Source of the DNA: Kofleriaceae bacterium
GTDB lineage: Bacteria; Myxococcota_A; Polyangia; Haliangiales; Haliangiaceae
Direction of reading: 5' to 3'
Assembly (NCBI GenBank): GCA_965215005.1
Contig: CBDCCZ010000004.1
Span: 96,001-160,000, forward strand
Length of the DNA stretch: 64,000 nt
Translations under genes and position numbers: made by a program
Notes under the pieces: model-generated
What the model saw: only the letters and a program-made list of their open reading frames with translations
Databases searched by the model: none
What the model was told of the DNA's origin: nothing
Shown: positions 9,158 to 19,641 of the stretch, one piece after another
Numbering within the stretch: the stretch's first letter is position 1
Layout: each line of letters begins with the position of its first letter

Positions 9158-10521
9158 AGGCCCTGAGCTTGCTGATGCCGCTGCTCATGAGCACGCCGAT
9201 GGCGCTGGCAGCGCCTTCGGTTCGCGTCGACGATCATGGTGACGCGGTCGCGGTGGTGGTGACCGATGCATCGCTTGCCAGCGAGCGGCTGCGCAACTAC
9301 GGCGACCGCATCGATGTCTCGCTTGCCGGTGCCCCCGAGGGCGTCGAGCTCAACTTTGATGACCGCACCGTCAAAGGTGTCGACGTGCGCGGCAAGCGGC
9401 CGAAGCTGAGCGTGCAGCTGCGCCATGGCCGCTCGAGCACGGCGGCGATCGCTGATGCCGCGGCGCTGCGTCCGACCGCGGATGGCTTCGCGCTCATCTT
9501 GCCGCGCGATCCCGAGCAGCCGAACGCGGTGGCGGCGGTGGCGGCGCAGCTTAGTGAGCCGCGGATGCCCGAGGCGCCGATCGCGCCGACTGCACCGGTG
9601 GCGCCCATTGCGACCAATGACGAGGCGGTCGTGGAAGTGACTGCAGAGGCGAGTGACACGGCGGCAGTGACGGCAGCGGCGGTTGAATCCGTGGATTCAG
9701 CGGCCCCAGCGGCCCCCGCGGCCCCCGCAACCAAAGGCGTAAGCGCTGCAGCGGCGCTTAGCACCGAGCTCGATCAGCAAAGCGCCGGCGGCTTCGGGAT
9801 GAGCCTGGTGCTCACGGTGCTGCTTCTCGGGGCCAGCGCCGGTTTGGTGGTGTACGCGAAGAAGAAGAAGCCGCTCGCCGAGCGTCCCGGCGCATTAGAG
9901 ATTGTCGCCAGCCGCTCGGTCGGCCCCAAGGCGCGCCTGGTGCTGATCAATGCTGGCGAGCGCGAGCTGCTTTTGTCGGTGAGCGATCGCGGCGCGCGCT
10001 TGCTCAGCGAGTGGGATGTCGGTGGCACCGGCGTGCGTGACTTCGGCGGCGAGGAAGATGAGCTCGCGGTTGCGCCGCACGGATTCGCCCCGCGGTTGCG
10101 AGCGATGACCAACCGCGCGACCACCGCCGCCATCGAACCAGACGCGCCGGCCAGCGAGCCCGAAGCACCGGCGCCGACCGCCGTCGACAAGCCGGCGTTT
10201 GCGAGCGCCAGCCGGATTCGCGAGCGTCTGGCGATGTTCGCCGCGCCGCGCGCCGCGGGCACTGGCCAGGCAACTATCGCCGACGACGCAGCACCAGAAG
10301 CTCGCGCTCGTGCGCCGCGCGCCAACACGGTCGCGCCGCGTCCCAGCGCGGCTGCCCCTCGTGCCATGACCGCCAACCATCCCGCGCTCGCCGGCCTCAT
10401 GAAGCTTCGCGCCGAGACTGCGGAGGTCAATCCAGAGGTCGCCACCGACGATGCCGGCGCCGACTCCGAGTGGGCGCGTGAGCTGCGTATGGCGACGCGC
10501 AGCGAGAGTAATCGCCAATGA
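9154..10521 (+). CDS. fliO: Extended FliO-family protein
   Basis: Between fliN and fliP; TM segment followed by FliO core LEIVASRSVGPKARLVLINAGERELLLSVS; extra N-terminal exported domain and C-terminal tail. Confidence 0.75.
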   Translation: MKALSLLMPLLMSTPMALAAPSVRVDDHGDAVAVVVTDASLASERLRNYGDRIDVSLAGAPEGVELNFDDRTVKGVDVRGKRPKLSVQLRHGRSSTAAIADAAALRPTADGFALILPRDPEQPNAVAAVAAQLSEPRMPEAPIAPTAPVAPIATNDEAVVEVTAEASDTAAVTAAAVESVDSAAPAAPAAPATKGVSAAAALSTELDQQSAGGFGMSLVLTVLLLGASAGLVVYAKKKKPLAERPGALEIVASRSVGPKARLVLINAGERELLLSVSDRGARLLSEWDVGGTGVRDFGGEEDELAVAPHGFAPRLRAMTNRATTAAIEPDAPASEPEAPAPTAVDKPAFASASRIRERLAMFAAPRAAGTGQATIADDAAPEARARAPRANTVAPRPSAAAPRAMTANHPALAGLMKLRAETAEVNPEVATDDAGADSEWARELRMATRSESNRQ

Positions 10522-11303
10522 AACGCCGCATCCTCATCGCACTCGCAATCGCGGCGACGTCGCTGCTCACCGTTGAAGCCGCGTTTGCGCAGGCCAACGA
10601 GCCGAGTGACGCAGCACTGACCGTGCCGAGCGCTGCTAGCTTGCAGCAGACCGCGAGCAACATGGGCACCGGCTCGGGGCCCTCGAGCGCGGTGCAGATG
10701 GTGGTCATCCTGGCGCTGGCCTCGCTCGCGCCGGCAATCGTGCTCTCGTGCACCTGCTTCGTTCGGTTCGTGGTCGTGTTCAGCTTCTTGCGCAGCGGCC
10801 TTGGAACGCAAGGTGCGCCGCCAAGCCAGATCATGGTCGGCTTGGCGCTGTTCATGACGCTGTTCGTGATGGCGCCGATTGCCGGCGAGGTTTACGAGCG
10901 TGCCGGCGAGCCATACATGGCGGGGCAGATTGACGAGTCGCAAGCACTGGAAGCGGCGACGCCCTCGATTCGGCGATTCTTGCTCGAGCGCACCCGCGGC
11001 AAGGATCTCGAGCTCTTTTACAGCGTTTCCACCGCCGCGCGTCCGAGCGGCCCCGATGACGTGCCGCTGCGCATCGCGGTGCCCGCGTTCATCGTTTCCG
11101 AGCTCGGTACTGCGTTTCGCATGGGCCTCATCATCCTCTTGCCGTTTTTGGTCATCGAGCTGGTGGTGGCTGCGGTGCTATCGGCGCTGGGCATGGTCAT
11201 GTTGCCGCCGCCGATCGTCTCCATGCCTATCAAGCTGCTCGTGTTCGTTGCCGTCGATGGTTGGCACCTCACGGTGTCGTCACTGCTCCGCGGAGTGATG
11301 TAA
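10518..11303 (+). CDS. fliP: Export gate protein FliP
   Basis: GLGTQGAPPSQ, PAFIVSEL.TAF.MG, LGMVMLPP...KLLVFVAVDGW. Confidence 0.96.
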   Translation: MKRRILIALAIAATSLLTVEAAFAQANEPSDAALTVPSAASLQQTASNMGTGSGPSSAVQMVVILALASLAPAIVLSCTCFVRFVVVFSFLRSGLGTQGAPPSQIMVGLALFMTLFVMAPIAGEVYERAGEPYMAGQIDESQALEAATPSIRRFLLERTRGKDLELFYSVSTAARPSGPDDVPLRIAVPAFIVSELGTAFRMGLIILLPFLVIELVVAAVLSALGMVMLPPPIVSMPIKLLVFVAVDGWHLTVSSLLRGVM

Positions 11304-11585
11304 GTGGACATCGGCAACCTCACGGATCTCTGGCGCGACGCCATGACCACCGCTGCGGTGGTTGGTGCGCCGTTCTTGCTGGTTGCCCTCGCCGTCGGCC
11401 TGTTCATGTCACTTCTGCAGGCCGCCACGCAGATTCAAGAAAACATTCTCGCGTTCGTCCCCAAGATCATCGCGATTGGCCTGGTGATGGCGCTCGCTGG
11501 TAGCTGGATCGTCGACCGCATGGCGCGCTACACCACCAGCGCCTTCGAAAAGACGGTCGACATCGGCCGCGGAGAGCGGCAGTGA
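11304..11585 (+). CDS. fliQ: Export gate protein FliQ
   Basis: LQAATQIQENILAFVPK. Confidence 0.96.
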   Translation: MDIGNLTDLWRDAMTTAAVVGAPFLLVALAVGLFMSLLQAATQIQENILAFVPKIIAIGLVMALAGSWIVDRMARYTTSAFEKTVDIGRGERQ

Positions 11586-12307
11586 CCGAGGCGGTGGTCG
11601 CCACGTTTTTGGTGGTGTTTGCGCGCGCCGTCGCGCTGTTTAGCACCATGCCGCTGCTCGGCGATCGGTCGACGCCGGGCAAGGTGCGACTGGTGGCGGC
11701 GATCGCGGTGGCCGCGGCGATCGCGCCGACTCGCGATCCGGTGGCCATGGACGAAGTCTTTGCGCTGGTGCCTCTCGAGCTCCTTGCGGGGCTGATCGCG
11801 GGGTTTGCTGGTCGACTCTGCTTGGCGGGTGCCGAGACCGCAGGCCAGTTAATTGGCCTCGGCTTTGGCCTTGGGTTGGCGCAGTCGTTCGACCCAAGCC
11901 TTGGCGAGCAAGCGCTGGTGACGCGCCGCATGGTGCTCGCGCTCGCTGCGCTGGCGTTTCTATTCGCCGGCGGGCTCGAAGCGGCGGTGCGCGTTGTGGC
12001 GGTGGCGCCGGCGAGCATGGTCAGCATTGGCGCCGGCATTGGTCACATTCTCGAGAACTCGTACCAAGTCTTGACTGCAGGCATCGCGCTCGCGGCGCCC
12101 ATCATGGTCGCCGGTCTCATCACCAACCTCGGCACCGCGATGGCCTCGAAGGCCTCGCCGGCGTTCAACCTGTTTTCCGTCAACCTGCCAGCGCTGATGA
12201 TCGTCGGCGTGTTGGTGCTGCTCACCACGGCGCCGGCGCTGGCTCGGCAGCTCGGCGATTTAGGTCGTGAAGCCAGCGCGCAAATGCTGCTGGCGACGGG
12301 GCGATGA
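11582..12307 (+). CDS. fliR: Export gate protein FliR
   Basis: Hydrophobic; AG.LIG..FGL...FDP and SKASPAFNLFSV motifs; between fliQ and flhB. Confidence 0.92.
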   Translation: MTEAVVATFLVVFARAVALFSTMPLLGDRSTPGKVRLVAAIAVAAAIAPTRDPVAMDEVFALVPLELLAGLIAGFAGRLCLAGAETAGQLIGLGFGLGLAQSFDPSLGEQALVTRRMVLALAALAFLFAGGLEAAVRVVAVAPASMVSIGAGIGHILENSYQVLTAGIALAAPIMVAGLITNLGTAMASKASPAFNLFSVNLPALMIVGVLVLLTTAPALARQLGDLGREASAQMLLATGR

Positions 12308-13368
12308 GCATGGCCGATAGCGCGCAAAAGACTCAGAAGCCGACGCCCAAGCGGCTTCGCGACTTCCGCAAGCGCGGCGATATCGCGCTTTCGAAAGATG
12401 TCATGGCGGTGGCCACGCTGCTCGGTGGCGCGGTGGCGTTGATCGCCTTTGCCGATGACGCCGGACGCGCCATTGCCGATCTGCTCAGCGTTTGCGTGCG
12501 CAAGGTCGATGGATCGGATGCAAGCGAGCTGCCGGCGGCAGCCGCGCATACCTTTGTGGTGTGCGTGATTCCGCCGTGCGTGGGCGCGATGCTCGCGCTG
12601 CTGGTGAGCGGCACGTTGCAGCTCGGATGGCCGCCAGCGCTCAAGAGCATCAAGTTCGACGTGGTCAAAATCGTCACGTTTCAGAGTGCGGCGCAGATTC
12701 TCTCGCCCAAAGCGGCGCTCGGCCGCGGCGCCAATTCTCTGGCCAAGGTCGGGCTGGTGGGCGTTGCGATGTTCATCGCGGCGCGCGGCGAGATGATGCG
12801 TTTTCTCGAGAAGCCGGCGGTCGAGCCGCGAATGCTCGCCGAGCGTCTCAGCGAGGCTGCGCTGCGCTTGGGGCTGTACTCGCTGGTGGCGCTCACCGGG
12901 CTCGCGGCGTTCGACTACCTGTGGAAGCGCCGCAGCGTGAACAACAAGATGATGATGAGCTCCGAGGAGATCAAGAAGGAGCACAAAGAGTCCGAGGGCG
13001 ACCCGCACGTCAAAGGCGCGCGTCGTCGCAAGATGCGCCAGCTGGCGCAGCGGCGCCTGGCCGTCGAGGTCAAAACCGCCGACGTCGTCATCGTCAATCC
13101 GACGCATTACGCCGTAGCGCTGCGCTATCAGACCGATAAAGAAGGCGCCCCGCGCGTCGTCGCCAAAGGACGCGGTCCGCTGGCTGAGCGCATTCGCGAG
13201 ATGGCGCGCAAGGCAGGCGTGCCGATCCTTCCGCGGCCGCCGCTCACTCGTTTGCTCTACAAGCTCGTGCCCGAAGGCCGCGAGATTCCGGCGCAGGTGT
13301 ATCAGGCCGTAGCCGAGGTGCTGGCGTTCGTTTACAAGGTGCGCCGCGGCGTTAGGAGGAGCTCGTGA
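12304..13368 (+). CDS. flhB: Export switch protein FlhB
   Basis: KTQKPTPKR, KEHKESEGDP, NPTH autocleavage motif. Confidence 0.97.
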   Translation: MSMADSAQKTQKPTPKRLRDFRKRGDIALSKDVMAVATLLGGAVALIAFADDAGRAIADLLSVCVRKVDGSDASELPAAAAHTFVVCVIPPCVGAMLALLVSGTLQLGWPPALKSIKFDVVKIVTFQSAAQILSPKAALGRGANSLAKVGLVGVAMFIAARGEMMRFLEKPAVEPRMLAERLSEAALRLGLYSLVALTGLAAFDYLWKRRSVNNKMMMSSEEIKKEHKESEGDPHVKGARRRKMRQLAQRRLAVEVKTADVVIVNPTHYAVALRYQTDKEGAPRVVAKGRGPLAERIREMARKAGVPILPRPPLTRLLYKLVPEGREIPAQVYQAVAEVLAFVYKVRRGVRRSS

Positions 13369-15437
13369 AAGCCGCCGCGGTTGGCGGTGCAGCGCCGCGC
13401 AGCGACATGCTGGTGGCCGGAAGCCTCGTCGGCATGCTGGCGCTCACGGTGTTGCCGCTGCCGCCGCTGCTCATGGACTTGCTGCTGGCGCTGAGCCTGT
13501 GCATCGCCGTGCTGGTGTTCTTGGTGTCGGTGTACATCGAGAAGCCGCTCGAGTTCTCGTCGTTTCCGGCGCTGCTGCTGTTCGTCACGCTGTTTCGCCT
13601 GGCGCTCAATGTCGCCTCGACGCGCCTCATTTTGCTCCGTGGCGATGAGGGACCGCACGCCGCTGGTGGGGTGATTCGCGCGTTCGGCGAGTTCGCCCTC
13701 GGCGGCAACTTCGTCGTCGGCGGCGTGGTGTTCCTCATTCTCGTCATCGTCAACTTCATCGTCATCACCAAAGGCGCGGAGCGAATTTCCGAGGTGGGCG
13801 CACGCTTCACCTTGGACTCGATGCCCGGCAAGCAGATGGCCATCGATGCCGACCTCGGCTCGGGACTCATCACCGAAGTCGAGGCGCGCGAGCGGCGCAA
13901 AGCGATTCAGCGCGAGGCCGACTTTCACGGCGCCATGGACGGCGCTTCCAAGTTTGTTCGCGGCGATGCCATCGCCGGCTTGCTCATCACTGGAATCAAC
14001 GTCCTGGGCGGCATCATCATCGGCGTCGCGCAGAGCGGCATGTCGTTTGGAGATGCCGCTACTACCTACACCATCCTCTCGATTGGTGATGGTTTGGTGT
14101 CGCAGATTCCGGCGCTCCTCATCTCAACCGGCGCCGCGCTGCTCACCACTCGCTCCGGCGATGACGCGCTCGGCACGCAGCTCGGCTCGCAGCTGTTATC
14201 GCGCAAGCGGCCGATGATGATTGCCGCCGGGGTGCTGTTCACCATTGGTCTCATCCCCGGCATGCCGCATTTGGCGTTCTTTGCGCTCGCTGGCGTTGCC
14301 GCGTACATCGGCAACAAAGCGAGTGGCGCGCCGGTTAGCGAGCCTGGCGCCGCGGACCGCGGTCGAGTCGCGCATCGTCCCGAGCTCGCCGACCCCAGTG
14401 ACCCCGAGGTGCAGAAGGCGGAAATCGAGTCGCTGCTGCCCGTAGAGCTCCTCTCGCTCGAGGTCGGCTTGGATCTCTTGCCGATGGTCGATGCCGATCG
14501 CGGTGGTGAGCTGCTCGGTCGTATCGCATCGCTGCGCAAGCAGATCGCCACCGACCTGGGTCTCATCGTGCCGCCGGTTCACGTCCGCGACGATTTGCGC
14601 ATGCGCCCCGGCGCGTATCGCATCGTCATCTCCGGGGTGCCGGTCGCCGAGGGCGAGGTGCGCGCTGGACGAATGCTCGCGATCGACCCCGGCGGCACCG
14701 CGACCCGCGGAATCGCTGGTGAGATGGTCAAGGAGCCAACTTTCGGGCTGCCGGCCAAGTGGATTGCCAGCGGCGAGCGCGCGCGCGCCGAGGCCGCCGG
14801 CTGCACTGTCGTCGACGCTTCGGCGGTGATCGCAACCCACCTCACGGAGATCATTCGCCGTCACGGCGGCGACTTACTCGGCCGACGCGAGGCCGCCGAG
14901 CTCATCGAGGTCGCCGCCAAACAGCATCAAAAGGTCGTCGAAGAGCTCATCCCAAATCTCATGTCGCTCGGCGAGGTCATCAAGGTATTGCGCAACCTGC
15001 TCAGCGAAAATGTCTCGGTGCGTGACTTGCGCACCATCCTCGAGACGCTGGCCGATCACGCCGGGCAGACCAAAGACCCCGCCGAGCTCACCGAGCACGT
15101 TCGCCAGCGACTCGCGCGTCGCATCACCCGCGCCAATCTCGCCGACTCGGGCGAGCTTCGCGCCATGGTGCTTGCTCCGGCTGCCGAAGAACTGTTTCGC
15201 GGTGGCGGCAGCGCGCGCGGTTTGTCCGCGCTGGCGGGTGAGCTCGAGGCCGAGTGCCGCAAAGCAATCGAGCGCGATGAGCCGCCGCTGCTGGTGGTTG
15301 CGCCCGATGTTCGCCGCACCGTCTCTGCCATCGCCGCACGTCACGTTCCCGGACTCGTGGTCATGAGTTACCGCGAGGTCGATCCCAGTGTTCCGTTCGT
15401 CACCCGTAGCGTCGTCGCTCCCAAGGAGGCCGCATGA
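13365..15437 (+). CDS. flhA: Export apparatus protein FlhA
   Basis: ARFTLDSMPGKQMAIDADL, GAMDGASKFVRGDAIAG, GDGLVSQIP. Confidence 0.97.
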   Translation: MKAAAVGGAAPRSDMLVAGSLVGMLALTVLPLPPLLMDLLLALSLCIAVLVFLVSVYIEKPLEFSSFPALLLFVTLFRLALNVASTRLILLRGDEGPHAAGGVIRAFGEFALGGNFVVGGVVFLILVIVNFIVITKGAERISEVGARFTLDSMPGKQMAIDADLGSGLITEVEARERRKAIQREADFHGAMDGASKFVRGDAIAGLLITGINVLGGIIIGVAQSGMSFGDAATTYTILSIGDGLVSQIPALLISTGAALLTTRSGDDALGTQLGSQLLSRKRPMMIAAGVLFTIGLIPGMPHLAFFALAGVAAYIGNKASGAPVSEPGAADRGRVAHRPELADPSDPEVQKAEIESLLPVELLSLEVGLDLLPMVDADRGGELLGRIASLRKQIATDLGLIVPPVHVRDDLRMRPGAYRIVISGVPVAEGEVRAGRMLAIDPGGTATRGIAGEMVKEPTFGLPAKWIASGERARAEAAGCTVVDASAVIATHLTEIIRRHGGDLLGRREAAELIEVAAKQHQKVVEELIPNLMSLGEVIKVLRNLLSENVSVRDLRTILETLADHAGQTKDPAELTEHVRQRLARRITRANLADSGELRAMVLAPAAEELFRGGGSARGLSALAGELEAECRKAIERDEPPLLVVAPDVRRTVSAIAARHVPGLVVMSYREVDPSVPFVTRSVVAPKEAA

Positions 15438-16507
15438 AGATCACGAAGTTCCAGGCAGCCAACATGCGTGAGGCTCTTGCCAAGATCAAACGCGAGCTAG
15501 GGCCGGAGGCGATGGTCATCTCGACGCGGCAAGTGCGGCGCGGTTTCCTCGGCACCGGCGTCGAGGTCACTGCGGCGGTCGACGTGGACGAGCCGGAGCC
15601 GCAGGGCCTGGCGGCGCTGCCACCAGCGAGCGCAAGCTCGGTCATGTCGTCGTCGGCGGCGCTTGCCGAAGAAGATGTCGAGCGCATCATGGCGCCGCTG
15701 CGATCGGAGCTGCGTTCGCTGCGCTCGATGCTGCGGACCTCGGGCGAGGCGCGGCAAAGTGATGAGCTGCGCCGCGAGTTGGCCGCAATGCGCCGCGCCC
15801 TGGCAACGATTCAAGTCGAGCGCGGGCAAGAGGTCGAGACCGACACCGCCTCGCTGCGGCAGCTGGCGCGGCAACATCGGATCGCCTCGTCGTCTCGCGG
15901 GCGGGTCATCGCGCTCGTCGGACCTACCGGCGTAGGCAAGACCACCACCATCGCCAAGCTAGCGGCACGCGCGGCGCTCATCGAGCACAAGTCGGTCGCT
16001 ATCATCACGCTGGATACCTATCGCATCGGCGGTGAGGAGCAGATGCGAATCTTCGCGGATTTGATCGGTGTGCCGCTTTACTTGGTGGCTGATCCCGCCG
16101 ATGTCTCCGATCAGGTGCGAGCGCTTGCCGACTACGACTTGATCTTCATCGATACCGCGGGCCGCAGTCCCCGCGACGTGCCCGCCATCAGCGCGCTGCG
16201 CCGCGGACTGGCGCAAGTCGATGATCTCGAGATTCATCTCGCGGTGTCGGCCTCGACACCGGCTGCGACCATTGACGGCATCTTCGCGCGTTATCAAGCC
16301 ATGCAAATCGACCGCCTGCTGTTCACCAAGCTCGACGAAGCCGACAACCTCGAGGAGCTGGTGCGTGCACCAGCGCGCCTAGCGGTGCCGGTCTCCTATG
16401 TCACCACGGGACAAGCCGTTCCCGAAGACATCGAAGTGGCCTCGGCCAAACGCTTGCTCACGCTTGCGAGCGCCGGACTGCCCGTCGCTACCGAGGTGGC
16501 GGCGTGA
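15434..16507 (+). CDS. flhF: SRP-type GTPase FlhF
   Basis: GPTGVGKTTT, DTYRIG, DTAGRS, TKLDE, GQ.VPEDI. Confidence 0.96.
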   Translation: MKITKFQAANMREALAKIKRELGPEAMVISTRQVRRGFLGTGVEVTAAVDVDEPEPQGLAALPPASASSVMSSSAALAEEDVERIMAPLRSELRSLRSMLRTSGEARQSDELRRELAAMRRALATIQVERGQEVETDTASLRQLARQHRIASSSRGRVIALVGPTGVGKTTTIAKLAARAALIEHKSVAIITLDTYRIGGEEQMRIFADLIGVPLYLVADPADVSDQVRALADYDLIFIDTAGRSPRDVPAISALRRGLAQVDDLEIHLAVSASTPAATIDGIFARYQAMQIDRLLFTKLDEADNLEELVRAPARLAVPVSYVTTGQAVPEDIEVASAKRLLTLASAGLPVATEVAA

Positions 16508-17385
16508 TGGCGGATCAGGCAGCAACGCTTCGTAAAATGGCCGGCGGCAAAGTGGTCGACCTGCGACCACGCCGCGACCGCGCCATCGCCATCACCGGCG
16601 GCAAAGGTGGCGTCGGCAAGAGCACGGTGGCGGTCAACCTCGCCTGCGCATATGCCAAGCAAGGCGCGCAGGCGCTCACCGTCGACGCCGACCTCGGCAT
16701 GGCCGATCTCAACCTGCTTCTGGGCGTGGCGCCGGAGTTCAGCTTGCTCGATATTTTGCGCGGCTGTCCCATCGATGACGTGCTGGTCGAAGCCCATGGC
16801 ATTCACCTGCTTCCGGCGCTCAACGGCAGCTATTCGCTCGAGAACATGGACGACGACGCCCGGGCTGCGGTGTTTGGCGCCATCTCCTCGCTCGATGATC
16901 GCTTCGATACCCTCATCGTCGACATCGCCGCAGGCATTGGTCCCAATCAAGTCGCCTTCGCCGGCGCGGTCTCGGATGTGGTCGTCGTTGCCACCCCAGA
17001 GCCGCTGTCACTCGCCGATGCCTACGCGTGTCTCAAGGTGCTCGCGACCCGCCAAAAGCTGCGCCACGCGTTCATCGCGCCCAATCGGGTGCGGTCGCGC
17101 GCGGAAGCCGAAGAAGTGGTCGCGCGGCTCAGCTCGCTGGTTGGGCGCTTTCTCGGCATGACGCTTACGCCACTGCCCGCGGTGCCCTACGACCCGCTCA
17201 TCGCCGAGGCCGCTGCCGCCGGTATTCCGCTGGTTCACTATCGGCCCGATGCGCCGGCAGCGCGCGCCATCAAACATCTGGCGCGCCGCCTCGACACCCT
17301 GGCGATGCCCGACCGCCGCGAAGGCGTGACGCGGCTGTTTTGGCGCAACGCGTTCGGTGACGCCAAAGAAGGGACTCAGTCATGA
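16507..17385 (+). CDS. flhG: MinD-like ATPase FlhG (FleN)
   Basis: N-terminal DQA..LR, GGKGGVGKS, DADLG; between flhF and fliA. Confidence 0.93.
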   Translation: MADQAATLRKMAGGKVVDLRPRRDRAIAITGGKGGVGKSTVAVNLACAYAKQGAQALTVDADLGMADLNLLLGVAPEFSLLDILRGCPIDDVLVEAHGIHLLPALNGSYSLENMDDDARAAVFGAISSLDDRFDTLIVDIAAGIGPNQVAFAGAVSDVVVVATPEPLSLADAYACLKVLATRQKLRHAFIAPNRVRSRAEAEEVVARLSSLVGRFLGMTLTPLPAVPYDPLIAEAAAAGIPLVHYRPDAPAARAIKHLARRLDTLAMPDRREGVTRLFWRNAFGDAKEGTQS

Positions 17386-18107
17386 AAGCGTACGCCCGCG
17401 CCGCTCATCCGTCGCTGAACGACCGCGACCGGCTCATCGCCGAGCACGTCGACGTGGCTCGCCGCATCGCGTTGCGAGTAGCGCGTCGCGTGCCCGATTG
17501 GCTCAGCGTCGACGACTTGGTCGGCGCCGGCATGATCGGCTTGGCCGAGGCCGCCGATCGCTACGACGGCAGTCGCGGCGAGCCGTTCATTGGCTTTGCC
17601 GAGAAGCGCATCCGCGGCGCGGTGCTCGACGAGCTGCGTCGTGGCGACATCATGCCGCGCCGAGTTCGCAATACCGCCCGTAAGGTTGGCGAGGCGATTC
17701 GCGGGCTCGAGCAGCAGCTTGGGCGCCCGCCTGAAGACGAAGAAGTTGCCGCCAAGCTCGGTGTGGGCGTTGCGGAGTATCGCGACGATCTAGCCGGTCT
17801 CACCCACGTGGCGGTGGTCGAGCTCGAGTCGCCAGAGCTGGCGCCGGAAGCGCATCGCTCGCCCGATGAAGAGTCGCCCGAGGCGCAAACTGCCAAGGTC
17901 GAGCTGATGCGGCGCATCCAGGAGTGCCTGCATCGGTTGCCCGAGCGCGACGCGCTGATCCTCAGCCTCTACTACAACGAAGAGTTCACCTACACCGAGA
18001 TCGGCGGACTGCTCGGCGTGAGCGAGTCGCGGGTGTGTCAGCTGCATTCGCGCGCCATCGCCCGATTGCGGGTCGAGATCGAGACGCCGGCCGGAGCGGC
18101 CGCCTAG
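17382..18107 (+). CDS. fliA: RNA polymerase sigma-28 factor FliA
   Basis: RIRGAVLDELR, LYYNEEFT..EIG.LLGVSESRVCQLH. Confidence 0.96.
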   Translation: MKAYARAAHPSLNDRDRLIAEHVDVARRIALRVARRVPDWLSVDDLVGAGMIGLAEAADRYDGSRGEPFIGFAEKRIRGAVLDELRRGDIMPRRVRNTARKVGEAIRGLEQQLGRPPEDEEVAAKLGVGVAEYRDDLAGLTHVAVVELESPELAPEAHRSPDEESPEAQTAKVELMRRIQECLHRLPERDALILSLYYNEEFTYTEIGGLLGVSESRVCQLHSRAIARLRVEIETPAGAAA

Positions 18108-18117
18108 GAGGCAAACG

Positions 18118-18837
18118 ATGAGCAGCGGGATCTACATAGCCACCTCGGGCGCGCGCGCGCAGCAAGACTCCATGGATGTCACGGCCAACAATCTGGCCAA
18201 CGCCTCGACCACTGGCTTCAAGCAGGCCAAGGTGGCGTTTGCGCAGGCACTGACGCAGGCCCAGGGGCAATCGCCCGACTCGCGTTTCGTGCAAACCGCC
18301 GAGGTCGGTAGTGATATGAGCGCCGGGACGTTGCGCGAGACCGGTAATCCACTCGACCTGGCGCTCGTCGGCGATGGCTTCTTTGCCGTCGATACCCCGC
18401 GCGGGCTTCGCTACACCCGCGCCGGTGACTTCCGCCTCGACGCCGGCGGCCAGATCGTCAACGTCGATGGCTATCCGGCCGCAGCGCAAGGCGGCGGCGC
18501 CATCAGCATTCCCGAGGGAACCGCGACTGTCACCGTAGACAGCAGCGGCGCCGTGTTGGCAGATGGCGCCGAGGTAGGACGCCTCGAGCTGGCGCGCTTT
18601 GCACCGGAGGCGCTGGTTCGCGAGGGCTCCAATCTGTTCGTCGCCCAGGGTGCGGCGGCCGAGGGCGAGGCACCCGAAGTGGTCGCTGGCGCGCTCGAGC
18701 AGAGCAACGTCAATGCCGTTCGCGGCATGGTCGATCTGGTCAAGGTCTCGCGCACCCATCAAGCGCTGCTGCGCATGATCGAGACCTATCGCGAAGTAGA
18801 AAGCCGCGCCGCCCGCACCCTTGGCTCCGCCAAGTAA
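18118..18837 (+). CDS. flgF: Basal-body rod protein FlgF
   Basis: ANNLANASTTGFK, TGNPLDLAL.GDGFF, YTRAG, LEQSNVN; precedes flgG. Confidence 0.9.
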   Translation: MSSGIYIATSGARAQQDSMDVTANNLANASTTGFKQAKVAFAQALTQAQGQSPDSRFVQTAEVGSDMSAGTLRETGNPLDLALVGDGFFAVDTPRGLRYTRAGDFRLDAGGQIVNVDGYPAAAQGGGAISIPEGTATVTVDSSGAVLADGAEVGRLELARFAPEALVREGSNLFVAQGAAAEGEAPEVVAGALEQSNVNAVRGMVDLVKVSRTHQALLRMIETYREVESRAARTLGSAK

Positions 18838-18852
18838 CGAAGGAGAGCAGTC

Positions 18853-19641
18853 ATGATTCGTGCCCTTTCGACCGCCGCTACCGGCATGGAAGCCCAGCAG
18901 ACCAAGCTGGACGTTACTTCCAACAACATCGCCAACGTCTCGACCGCTGGCTTCAAGAAGTCGCGCGCCGAGTTCGCCGATCTCATGTATCAAAACCTGC
19001 GTCCGGCGGGCACCGCTGCCGGCAACGGCGGCGGCCAAGTGCCCACTGGTTTGCAAGTGGGCATGGGAACGCGCGTAACGTCAACGCAGCGTGAGCACTC
19101 CGAAGGCGACTTGCGGCAGACCGGCAACCCGCTCGACGTCGCCATCGAAGGTCGCGGCTTCTACCCCGTGACGTTGCCGACGGGCGAGCAGGCATACACC
19201 CGAAACGGCGCCTTCAAGCTCGATTCCGAGGGGCGCTTCGTCAACGCCGAGGGCTATGCGCTGGCTTCGGAAATCACGCTACCACCGGATGTGCAAGGCG
19301 TGGCCATCGCCGCCGATGGCACCGTGACCGCGACGATTCCGGGCGATCCGGCGCCGGTGGAGGTGGGGCAGATCGAGATCGCGACCTTCGCCAATCCCGC
19401 GGGTCTGGAGGCGATGGGCAAGACGCTGTATCGCGCCACCGCAGCCTCGGGAGAGGCAATTCTCGGTGCTCCTGGCGAGAACGGCGCGGGAAACTTATCG
19501 CAAGGCACACTCGAGCTCTCGAACGTCAAAGTGGTCGAAGAGATGATTGATTTGATCAGTGGGCAACGCGCTTACGAGGTCAACTCACGCGTCATTCGCG
19601 CCGCTGACGAGATGCTCCAGCAAACGGCCAACCTGAAGTGA
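18853..19641 (+). CDS. flgG: Distal rod protein FlgG
   Basis: TAATGMEAQQ...NNIANV, F.DLMYQ, SNVKVVEEMIDLI..QRAYE. Confidence 0.96.
   Translation: MIRALSTAATGMEAQQTKLDVTSNNIANVSTAGFKKSRAEFADLMYQNLRPAGTAAGNGGGQVPTGLQVGMGTRVTSTQREHSEGDLRQTGNPLDVAIEGRGFYPVTLPTGEQAYTRNGAFKLDSEGRFVNAEGYALASEITLPPDVQGVAIAADGTVTATIPGDPAPVEVGQIEIATFANPAGLEAMGKTLYRATAASGEAILGAPGENGAGNLSQGTLELSNVKVVEEMIDLISGQRAYEVNSRVIRAADEMLQQTANLK

Noticed and set aside
2159..15437. Injectisome-type T3SS
   Set aside because: Hook, rod, ring, flagellin, FliD and FliA genes show the export apparatus is flagellar.
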